A stretch of 64,000 nt of DNA from Marsupella aquatica (taxonomy: Eukaryota; Plantae; Marchantiophyta). The DNA lies in contig OZ316896.1 of NCBI GenBank assembly GCA_973895155.1, positions 13,881,542 to 13,945,541 of the forward strand. The letters run 5' to 3'. Each line of letters opens with the position of its first letter. Position 1 is the stretch's first letter. Under the pieces are notes generated by a model, which saw only the letters and a list, made by a program, of their open reading frames with translations, was not told where the DNA came from and searched no databases. Positions 25,253-36,520 of the stretch are shown piece by piece. The translations under genes and the position numbers were made by a program.

Positions 25253-28200
25253 ATGTCACGGCGTACAATGTCCGAGAAGAGACATGCCGCACGAAGGCGT
25301 GCAATAAACACCTGTGCCGAGTCACTGAGTCCGTTATGTCAAGGATGGGCCTCAGCCCCATTGTATCTCCAAGAATGGAGAGCCGTCTGCCAAAAGACAA
25401 TCCAAGGCATGAAGGTGTGCGGGATGTGCGGACTAGTTTGATACGGAAACACTCCGAGGATTGACAAGACATTCACCACCGTACCAAAGGTGAACATGAC
25501 GCCGTACGGCATATGCAACACATTTGTCAACCAGTACATTGAGAACCAAGATGGAACAATCAACGTGTGCGTGACTTGCGTGCGAAACCCCGCCCGTATC
25601 CAGATAAACTCCGTCATATCTCCGCAATATGCGATCGACATCCTAGCCGCGAAGCCTTTGTACATGCAATTGCTCTCGCTAATCGACTGTCGACTAGGCA
25701 TCATACAAAAGTACAATGGCTTCCACTCTGGCTTCTACAAAAAGGAAAGCCTCCTTGACAACCCGCTCATATCCTGGAATCTCGACACGTTAGAGTGCAA
25801 TAATCGAGAGGAGATCATGCGACAGATATACAAGGTCATGGAACTCAATTTGACGACCAACCAACTTTTCAAAAGATACGTTTCATTGGTCGAACTACCA
25901 GACCCGTCACTGGGACTGTGCATCCTAAGTTCCGACGGAGTAGAGAACATCATCAAAGACAAGAGGGCAAAGGGAATAACCACGAGATCCATGAACTTTG
26001 ACCCATTCGACTCCGACCTGCACATCCTCCAAGATGTGCAGTACAGGATCCCGACTTCACACAATCGCAAGTACCAGGTCTTTCGTTCCGGCACCGTGTA
26101 CGACCGCAAGAGAATGTGCTCCGAAGAGAGCGTCAACACCGATGCAGAAGGACTGTCGAACGATCCACAATTGACATTGGAAAATGCAATGTTCCCGTTC
26201 TTGTTCGTCCACTCGAGGGGTTTCCATCGAGGACAACTCAGCTTGATCGACTACATGAAACGGAGGACACAACAGTTGTTCAGCATATTCACTTTGTACA
26301 AGCCGTATATGCTTATCATGTACCAATTGCGACAGGCCAGCCAAGTAGCAAGCATGAGCAGGACGATAGTAATCGACAAGGAATACATGCAGATCAAGGA
26401 GAGGTGCCCCCACTTTAGCAAGAAGGAAATATACAAAATGTTGATAAAAAAGACAATCACGCAGGTCGTTCCTGGGAGCCCGGCGTGGCACGAAAGACAC
26501 CTCGACGACCTCAAGTGCATGGTGAGAAAATGGGGACTGCCCCACTTCTTCCTCATGCTCACTTGCGACGAGCTCAGCGACACTCGTTGGCCTGAGATCG
26601 CCAACCTTGAGAACCTCGTGAAGAGGATGAATCCAACCTTCTCATGGAAAGATTGTCCTGTCGAATGCGCCGTGCTCTTCCACAAACAAATCCAACGTTT
26701 TTTCAGGGATTACATTTTGTCGAAACACGCCATAATCGGAAATGTGATCCACTACGTCATTAGGTACGAGTTGCAGGGCCGCGGATCACTCCACGCCCAC
26801 ACGGTGCTATGGGTCAAGGATTGCGACATTGATCGAGTCACAAATGAAATAGCCGCATTCATCCCTGGCAGATTCGACTCGACATCCGACAAATTTGAAG
26901 AGCCGAATGGACTCAAAGAAAAGACCCTGTATTGCAACGTGGTGACGAAACAACTTCACTACTGCAAGGAGGGCTTGTGCTTGCAAAGGCACTCCCAAAC
27001 CGGCCTCAAGTACTGCAAGTTGGGTTTCCCCCAAGAAACTCACCTCGACAAAGATGCGGCCATCGACCCCGCCACGGGGAAATGGAGGTACCACAGGACA
27101 AGCGACCACCACCGAAACGTCGTGCCATACCACCCGCTCGTGTTGCTATTGTGGGGCGCGCACATGAACCTGCAACGCGTCACAAACGCGGCCTGGTCAT
27201 TCTATTTGCTCAAGTACGCGATCAAATGCGAGCCCCTGGGATCACTCCAGCTCAATGCGAATGATGCGCGCACTCTAGGACTCGAGGACCTGTCTGAAGT
27301 CCAACTCAAGCTCGTTAGCGGAGCCATCCTGTCTCGGAGCGTGTGCGCCACGGAGGCGGCCTTGACGTGCCTCAAAATCAGCATCATCCATCGCTCGGAG
27401 ACAGTGGCGTTCATGGACTCATTGCCTCCGGAACTGAGGTCTGCCATCTACCATAAGTCCTCGGGGATATGTTTGCATCCCACCAGACTCTACGCACAGA
27501 GGCCCGAGGACATGTTTGCAATGTCCTTCTACGACTACTTCACCAACCACGAGGTCCTCACCAATAAGAAAAGCACCACCAAAGACTACGTCGGCAGGGA
27601 TTTGCAAGGCAATTTCGTGTATCGGATGGATCGGCTCGTGCGATTTTTGGAGTATCATCCAGTATACAAGATGAACGGCTTCTTCTACAACTACCTCCTG
27701 AAGGTTGTGAGATTCTGTGCAGAAGGCGAGATTCTCCTCAGGCCCATAAGCGAGACGTGGAGCTACTTGCACGAGTGCATACACCGCAAGTTGATAACCA
27801 GAGTCGACGACGTGCACAAGTTGGTGCTTGATTATTGCGCATCGCACCTCTACTCCACCCACCACACATCCCACCTGCTGCAGGAGCTGAACGAAAAGCT
27901 TCCCCACCAAATTTTTGATGACGCGGCCACATTCCAAGCGGTCCCCACCGTCGCCATAGAGAAACCGATCGGTGCGATGCTCAATGACAAAACTCTCCCG
28001 ACCGTCAACCTGACTCCGGACCAAATCAGAGTGTTTGAGGCACTCAAGGATGTCAAGAGCGGTCTGTTCATGATCGATGGAAATCAGGGATCCGGCAAGA
28101 CTTTCTTCATCTCTTTCATGAACAAATACTGGACATATAAAGGGAGGAAGGTGAAGATGTGTGCCACCACGGGTGCGGCTGCCATAAACCTTAACGCGGA

Positions 28201-29377
28201 CGCGGTGACAATGCATGCCTTGTTCAGCATTCCAATACACGGAGAGCTCAGGCCTCTGCACATCACCAGTCCCCAATACCGCATCTTGAGGAACAATGAC
28301 GTGTTCGTCATAGACGAGGCGAGCATGCTGACACCCAAACTATTGCGTTGCGTCTCCACAAGACTACACGAGACACTCCAAGACGAGGACCGCTCATCCG
28401 ACCCATTCCAAAATAAGACGGTCATCCTGGTCGGAGACATGTGCCAATTGCCTCCGGTTTGCACCCACCACACCAACGACATATGCAGGTCGTGCCACCT
28501 CTCGTCGTCGCCATATTTTGAGACCATGCGGAAATTTCACCTCAACACTGTGCTCAGACAGAGCATAGATCGGGAGTTCATGGAGTTCGTTAACAACATC
28601 CGCACAGGCCTCCCTACCCAAGAATCGATCGATGAGTGCCTGGGACAATGTTACGTGTCCAAACAAGAAGCCCATGATTTCATCGACGCCTCGACGACCG
28701 TGATATGCACACATAGAGAAACAGTTGACAACTACAACGAACGGGCATTACGGAGATATTTTCCACGCCAAGAGATCGTGCCCGTCCCAATACTCACCAA
28801 TGCCCCTTTAGACGAATCCACCCGACCTTGGATACAAGATCCCTCCTTCCACACACTGATGAACGTTGCAATTGGATGCAAGGTGATTCTCACACACAAC
28901 ATTGACCTCTCCAAGCAGGCCGCGAATGGCAATGGAGGAATCGTGGAGAAAATCACTACAGAAGCCGAAGGCAAAATGTCAATTTTTGTGAGAATGTCTT
29001 CCAACCACTGCCTCGTAAAGATCAACCGCACGGTTCATGAGAACAAGTTCATCTCGGGACAACAAACCCATCGGAAATCCACTTTCCCTCTCATGCTTGG
29101 ATACGCCATAACAGGTCACAAGAGCCAAGGTTGCACACTAGCGGGCAAGGTCGTGCTAGAAATAAACAGTGCATTCACACCGGGACTGGTGTATGTTATG
29201 TTGAGTAGGGTCACAAATAGAGCATTCATGCGCATTGTTGGAGATCTTACGCCGCCGGACTTCAAAGTGTTCCACTTACCAATTCGTCGTGTTCAACAAG
29301 CAGATGTCAACCACCAAAGGCAACAAGGCAGCGAAGGCATCACAACAACAACGAGAAACGATGACAGGCACAAATAG
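25253..29377 (+). CDS. Helitron RepHel protein (HUH Rep + PIF1-family helicase); one in-frame TGA at 25439-25441
   Basis: Rep motifs GLPHFFLMLTC, RYELQGRGSLHAHTVLW (HUH) and YLLKYAIK. Helicase motifs GNQGSGKT, ATTGAAA, DEASML, GDMCQLPPV, GHKSQGCTL and YVMLSRV. The 25253 ORF is in the same frame as the 25490-29377 ORF. Confidence 0.95.
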
Positions 29378-30173
29378 CAATACGACGAGCGCTACTCCTA
29401 CAACAGTTCAGGTAAACAGTGTCCACTTCATACTTCACCTTGTTGATGCAAGCGATATATAATGAAATGATGATACGAAAGTTGCAAGATTCATTAACAT
29501 TGACGGGCACTATTGTTCTAACACATTGTTCACGTCTTTCCTTTGCAGCCCATGACAGCCGTGGAGATGGCAAGGATGATCATGAGAGAGTTGCCGTCGG
29601 ATGACTTCCGGACTGACGAGGAGGTAACGGCTAAACAAATTGCTTTCGGCAACGGTCTCGGAATCGAGACAACTGAGATGGTGAATGGGATCAAGAGGAG
29701 AGAACTGTCGAAGATGATCGAGGAGAGGAAAGTGTTCAAGGCCGACTTCTACGATCATTACGGAGATAAACCGGCGACTGGTAAGCACAAAGAGAAAACC
29801 CCCAATAAAAAATTAATTAAACCATCTCATGCACACATTAAGCACTAACTCCGTGTTGAAAACAAATGCAGGTGTCATGAAGGAGATTCTTAGGTACATG
29901 GCAGTTCCGTTCGAGGAAGACCAGCTCACTTACAAGGAAGGGATGCGTGAGTACATCCAGGTCACAAAGGGAGCTCGTCTGGAGCAACTGACCAGATTGA
30001 GGCATGATTTCAAGATGCCACTTGATATGTTGGTAGGGCTGACACATCAGCAATCCCAGTCCCTGATCGACAGGCTGAGGAGGAGCAGCGACCAGGGGCT
30101 GCTATCTGACGTCCCTGCCCAAACAACAACGGAACAACCCACCACATCCAAGCGGAAATTCAACGCGATGTGA
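29361..30173 (+). CDS. Spliced accessory gene of the Helitron, about 194 aa, unknown function
   Basis: Exons 29361-29411, 29549-29780 and 29872-30173, with GTAAAC/GTAAGC donors, TGCAG acceptors, a CACTAAC branch site at 29843-29849 and conserved phases (0, 1). An alternative in-frame ATG lies at 29304. Confidence 0.7.
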
Positions 30174-31804
30174 TAGTTGTTTCCATGATGTAGTACAAGT
30201 TTCATTTTTCAGAACAATGTGGTGTATCATGCAAAAACAAATGACGAGTCCCAATAAAAATACCCATTGTAGGAAACATATTTATCTATATCAATAATTA
30301 TCTACTTTTTAACACATTTTTTATTTGTATCAATAACTATTCACTTTTCAATCTCAATCGAATAAAAACAGGTGGAGGTCCACGAACTAATTCAAGGTTT
30401 TGGAGAGGGTCATAATGCAAGCGTATTCCAATTTTGCCAATCATATTCTGTACCAAGCCATGCAGTGTGAAATGGCCAGGAGTTCCTCAAATTCCCAATA
30501 CCATAGTGGTAATTAGGTCCGTATGCTAAACAAGAATATCCCTTTTTTTTGGCCCTCAGCACAAAAATGTGATCTTCAATAAACCACAGGGTCGAAAATC
30601 TGTGCACAGTTTTGGGAAATGCCGTAAGGAAATTAAGTTTTTGTTTTTCACTCTCTTCTCATCCTTTGTTATTAGTAGATTTCCAATTTACTCAAAATTT
30701 TACTGCTTCCGGTCTAACCCTTTTGCTGGCAACGCAACAAACACAAATGGTCATGTTTGTCACTGCAAATATGGCAGTTTGTGTTTGTGGTGGAAACTGC
30801 TGAAATGGTATGACAATGTGCAAGGAAAATCACAAGAGACCTGTCATGGGGTTACGTAATTATTTTCCAAACAAGACTGCTTTAAGACTGTTCCAGGAAA
30901 AAGTGACCAGGAAAAACAGGTTCCGCCAACAAAGGTAGCAGACACATGTTTTGCAAGGTATTCACAAAATGCAAATAGAAACTAGATCTGAAAAAACATT
31001 TGTCTGGAAAAATGAAAATGACCACGCACAAAAGTATGGAAGCAAGAAGTTAAACCAAATGGCGTTAGCCTAGAACCAAGAGGTCCCTTGTTCAATTACA
31101 TCTCCACATGCAAGGGGTGTGGAGTACTATTAATTTCACCTCAATCCCGAGCTGGTCTGTTTTGGGGTGCAAGGGGTGTGGAGGCTATATATGTGTGTGG
31201 GTAAGGTGTATTGGTGGGAGTAATGTTAATTTCACCTCAGTCCCTAGCTCGTTTGTTTTGGGGCTCCTGTTCAACTCTCTCTCCCTAGTGGTCTGGGTCC
31301 TGTAGGATCCTTGGGTATGACCCCCTTGTGGCTACCCTACAGGGGCGCATGCTCCAAAGTAGATCATCCACCCTCTATTCGGCAAGTTTGCTTTCAGTTT
31401 CAAGGCAAGGAAATAAATTAAAATAACTTATGGTCAGCATCGGTTAGATGGGTGTGCTTTCGGACTCAAGGCAACAAAATAAATTAAAATAACTCATGGC
31501 CATCATCCCTTGGATGGGTCTCCTTCAATTTCACGGGAAAAAAATAACGAAAATAATTTTTTACCATCAAGATTGCGAACCAAGTTAAGAGTAGTACCCC
31601 CACAGGGGTGGTGGTACTACCCCTGTACAACTGTACCAAGCAGAGAGGGGCACCGGTTGACCCGTGGGTGACCTGACCGAGCAGTCAGTCTTCTACTCTT
31701 CTGTCTCCCCACCGTAGCGAATGGGCCACATACGTGTATAGTAGATTAATTAAGAATACTGCAAGTGTCTACAGTAGTTATGGTACGTCCGAAGGAGCGA
31801 CACA

Positions 31805-32040
31805 AACTTACTGTAATTACACTCCAATACACCACAGTAGTCCTTCGTACAAAGGATTATATTACATTACAATACATTACACTGTACTAAGGATTACAAT
31901 ACACTACAGTAGTGCTTCATACAAGGGATTTCATTATACTGTACTAAGGATTAAAATACACTACAGTACAGTAGTGCTTCGTACACGATATTTCATTACA
32001 TTACATTACACTACCGTACAGTACAGTACTGCATCGTACA
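31805..32040. repeat. Low-complexity TACAC/TACAG/TACAT pentamer-derived repeat
   Basis: Repeated ttacac, actgtac and tacagtagt motifs. Confidence 0.6.
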
Positions 32041-32502
32041 GAGGAGCAGTCGTCGGCTTTAATTTATTCTCGAAAAGGCATTCTTTAGTGAATTGTAAAA
32101 GCGTCGTCGTGGCTTTTGGCAGATTTCATGCGCGTTCCAAAAGATTTGGATGATTTGTTTAAGGTATTTTGGGGGGTGTACGATGCGAGGTCACGGGTCC
32201 TGCTGCGCTCGCGCAATCCCTTCTCCTCCTGCCTCGTCGGACCCGCCATGAGTCTGCTCACCACTCTGCTCCTCTGCTCTGCGCAGCTGCGCCCCCCTGC
32301 TCTCTGCCCCTGCTCTTGCCTCTGCTGAGAAGGTGATTGATGATTTCATGGTGTTGCTATTGTTGGGTCGTTGCTGAATCTTTCTTTGAAGAGTAATAAG
32401 CTTGGGGATTATATTCGCGGGGTGGTCTATGGTTGGCCAACAATCCTTCCCCTGAACTCGGAAGCGAGACTTCGGGGTGCGAACTGCGGGGTGCGAGGGG
32501 AA

Positions 32503-32678
32503 GAGAGAGAGAGAGAGAGAGAGAGGAGGAACTTTGTATCAATTTGATGAAAGCGCTCCACCAGTGAGGGATTGAGGAGAGAGAGGAGAGAGAGAGGTCG
32601 ATCGATCTCTTGCAAATGGTCATGCACGCTCTTCAGAACAGTACAACCAAATTCCAGGTGGTGGTGGTGGTGGTGGTG
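32503..32678. repeat. (GA)n and (GGT)n microsatellites in the probable 5' leader of the RVE gene
   Basis: GA run at about 32503-32525 and GGT run at about 32657-32678. Confidence 0.8.
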
Positions 32679-33952
32679 TAGGACGAGCAAGCGAGCGAGG
32701 GAGGGTACAGTCGTACTACTAGGGTAGGGACGGGGACCAACGGAGGGTTGTACGAAGAGGAGGGATGGATAGGACGAGCTGGGAAGGATTCCAACTCGGA
32801 AGGGGGGAGGAAGGGGCGTTTTAGAGAGGGATGTACAGTCAGGGAGATGGCCAAGAGCTCTTAGTTGCTGTGGATTGGGAGATGAGTACTCACGGCCTTG
32901 CTGTGGCCGATGATACATCTGTCTAGGACGAGCAGCTCTGCACTGCACTGTACTAGTTTGCCTGCTGCTGAAGTGCCTTCCGTTCATCTGTTGTCTCATT
33001 TGTGTCCTTGTCTCCCATAGCATAGTCAGAGAGTTTACTGCTGTCTTGCTTCGTCTCGGTTGCTGCTCGATCATTCGTATTGTTAAAATTCTTACCCGGC
33101 AGGGCATTCTCTGCTCTGGCGGTCTCGCTGGCAACGCTTCTTGCGGCTGCTACTCTTTCCGAGAAGGCATTGGTTCAGGGAGTGGGCTTGGTGGCAAGCG
33201 TGGGAACTCCGTCAGCGGATTTGAACGAGCTTTTCCTGGGGCCAAACTTTTTGAATCCTTTGGTATATGGAGGGACGGAGGGAGGAAAGAGGGGACGTAT
33301 GTCTTACTGTGGTGACGTGAATTGAGGTTGAACCTCGTGGTTGGATTGTCATCAGGGCCTTCCTTTGTCCTCTCCATAATATTCTCTGCTTTTGTGTTCC
33401 ACGAGTCCTTCATAGCCGGTGAGTGGATAAATCTAGTGCATTCACGGAAAGGTCCGTCCATTTATCCGTTAGAGTTCCTGTCCGTAATCCGTGGCTTGAG
33501 CTCTTTCTCACCTTATCAAGATGGGCTCTGGTGACATTGGTCGTCTGAAACAAATGGTTCCCCGGCATTTTGACTTCGATAGACGACTAAGCTAGGTATC
33601 ATCGCATTGATTTGTAGGTGGTGTGCCGTGCTTTTTCCCCAGCTCTCTCGCTGAGACTTTCACTTTGGAAAGTCAGAGAATTTTCGCTAAGGATCGGTTC
33701 ATCATGAAACACAGGGTGCAACTCTACGAGGATTGAGGTCGAGTCTGTGATCCAATACGCTCCTTGTGGGACAGCTTGTTATTGAGGGCGAAAGGTTGGA
33801 ACTTTCAGCGAGCTCGTCAGGTCGTGGACTAGGGCAGCTGGAGATATCATTGGTCTCCTTTGGCGTTGGTGGGGATCATCAGGAGGGTTGAGTCTGGTCG
33901 CTAGCGCCTACGACAGTCTATCGAACCGAATTGGCGGATCCAATTGGTGTGA

Positions 33953-36520
33953 ATGCAAGCACCCACAGGCCTTGGGGTGCAGCAGCTGGAGGATACTTGG
34001 GCCGTGGGATTAGACAGAGGGCCCGATGGGCAGGGCTTGAATATTGGAGGTGTTGAGACACTGGGACCGATGGGAAACAACTCTGCTGCCACACTGTCTG
34101 GCAGCATGGGCAGTATGGGAAGCATGGGCAGTATGGGTGGTCTGATGCAAAGCATCTCCGATGATGGCTCCAAAAAAATCCGAAAGGCTTACACAATTAC
34201 CAAGGCTAGAGAGAGCTGGACCGAAGAGGAGCATGACAAGTTTCTGGAAGCTCTTCAGCTGTAAGTCTTTCTTTTTCAACCTTCCTCCGGAGAAGTTCAT
34301 GGTGTGAACGCTAGCCGCTTTGTTTCATTCAGCAGGGAACTCCTCAGGAGATTCTGAATTTTCGCTATAGATTTCACTGCAGCAAAGGGACCGCTGTAGC
34401 AGATGTCGTAGAGCCTCTGGTTTATTGTCAGTTTCGGTACTGTTGGGTCTCGTAGCGTTGGGAAATGATTGGTTCTCTCTTGTTCTGGATCCCAGTAGAC
34501 CAAAGCACAGGTTTCCATACTTTTTCTTCTCAGCCTGACGTGCGTCTGGCCAGGTGGGCCGTGTCTTCGCGGCTCCTATGACCTCAACGTGTTATAGGCA
34601 TGCGTTGTGTTGGTTCCAGTGGAGGCTTGGTGCTCACCAGCCTAGTCCAATTGATGGAATGTTCAGGCAGATGTTAGAGAGGGTGCGAAATTCATTCGAA
34701 ATCTAGGTGTGGTCAGTAGATTCCGTTCTTATTCGAAGAAGGCAGTAACAAATTACTGAGGTTACGCTTTTACAGGGCCTGTATCCAGGATAGGCCTTGT
34801 TCGGCCCAAGAGAAAGAGTGTCTCATGTCTGGGTTGTGACAAAATCGTCCTCTCCCGTACCGAGCTAGAGGAGTACGAGGTTGGATACACATTCATAGCA
34901 AGTCATTCTTTTGTGCAGATTTCTGAAACTTGAATTCTTATGGAAAACATACAGGTTTGATCGTGATTGGAAAAAAATTGAAGCTTTCGTGGGCACTAAA
35001 ACGGTCATTCAAATTCGCAGCCATGCCCAAAAGTACTTTCTGAAAGTTCAAAAGAACGGCACTGGTGAACATGTGCCCCCACCAAGGCCTAAGCGCAAAT
35101 CTGGTCAGCCGTATCCTCAAAAGGCACCGAAGCCAAGTGAGTAACTCCAAAGACCTTGGTGAACTGCCTTAGGCCGTTACAACGACTAATCGTCCACCCA
35201 GATTCTGTGCTTAAAATGCCGTTGCAGTGCATTCTTGAAGCCCTGGATGTCGCTGGTCGGATTGCATCTAATACGCTGAGTGGTTTGTCACGACTCCGCA
35301 CGTCAGTCTCGCAGGCAGGTGTGATGGGACGCGTCATGAACCCGCAGCCAACTCAATCTGAACCTTGTTTTCCACGACCGGGAAATTTCCAAAGCAGCAG
35401 CATTGGAAGTAATTCTGGTGGGAGCTGGCAGATTCATTCTATGCCACCGGTTGGACAAGTTACACCTGATCTCCGCGGCGACACTCCTTCAGCAATCAAA
35501 CGTATGCTCTATTTCGTGTGTTTCCTAGCAAGTAATTGTGTGAAAGTTGCCATGCCGTTGGAAGCACAGACCTTGTATCCCTGCATTTTAAGCATCGTTG
35601 GGCAAGACTTTTATGTACTTTCTAACGACGATGGTCTGTGCTTGTGTATAATTACAGCTGCGCCAGACTTTGCTGAAGTCTACACATTTATAGGGAATGT
35701 CTTTGACACCCCGGGTTCAGAAGGTCATCTCTCCAAGCTGAAAGGAATGGCCCCTATCGATCGTGAAACTGTGCTGTTGCTCATGAGAAATCTCTCTATA
35801 AACCTGGCCAATCCAGGATATGACGAACAGGAACCACCCCTCCTAGCTGGTGATATGAACCCTCCTGAACTTAGACGAATTGGTTCTGAGAACCATATGG
35901 CCATGTCTGTTCCGTCCGCTACTCAAGGCGGCTTGGTAAGATTTTGAAAATCTCCTGTTGAAGTGATTTGGACTTGTTTCCTCTTGTGCCTGGGTTATGT
36001 CTTGATTTTGCGTTGTCCCATGACACGGGCTATTGGAATCTGTCGTGCCTTTGCCTTTTTCCTTAGAATATTGTGGATTGACTTGCCCCTGGACTAAATT
36101 TGGGAAAAAGTATTGAGATCTGTTGTGTCGGTTATTTGTATTTCCCAGAACAGGGGAGATGAGGACACTGCTGTTTCTGGTCAGCCTCCTCGAAAACAGT
36201 TGTCGGGAAGCCCTGATCCTAAGTCTCGCTTGGATCCGAGTCAAGAAAGGCGGGTAACGTCTTCCTTCTCAGAGGTGGCCATAGAGGGCCCACAGCAGTC
36301 GCAGCAAAATTACAATGGTGGCATGGAGTCCGTGTTATCCCTGAACTCATATCCACAACCAATATCTTCCAGACCTGCATTGGATATGTCATCAATGGGA
36401 CTGCATCATGCAATGGGACCACATTCACACCCGCACATGGCAGCATCAAGTGGTTTTGCAATGCCAACTCCTGCTTTGACTGCAGGAGTTGAAAGCAACC
36501 TGGACAACTGGTGGAGCTAG
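33953..36520 (+). CDS. RVE: REVEILLE 8-like (LCL subfamily) single-MYB circadian clock transcription factor, 5 exons
   Basis: Exons 33953-34260, 34955-35136, 35307 (or 35319)-35501, 35658-35935 and 36149-36520. MYB domain [58 protein letters not shown], the PPPRPKRK motif and the LCL domain [15 protein letters not shown]...[15 protein letters not shown]. Confidence 0.93.

Larger units (their letters stand above)
24640..31700 (+). mobile_element. Helitron-like element (Helitron2/Helentron type); termini approximate
   Basis: Contains the RepHel ORF and a downstream accessory gene. Hairpins at about 24650-24698 and 31591-31690 are candidate terminal structures. The left arm may extend to about 23.4 kb. 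Confidence 0.6.

Noticed and set aside
25735-29031. Multiple antisense and alternative-frame ORFs (up to 285 aa) within RepHel
   Set aside because: Shadow ORFs caused by the codon bias of the long GC-rich sense ORF, with no motifs.
32427-33134. 235-aa minus-strand ORF with poly-His and Ser-Leu runs
   Set aside because: The runs derive from GGT and GA microsatellites in the RVE leader, and no domain is recognisable.
35156-35947. Stand-alone 263-aa gene
   Set aside because: It is RVE exons 3-4 read through introns.
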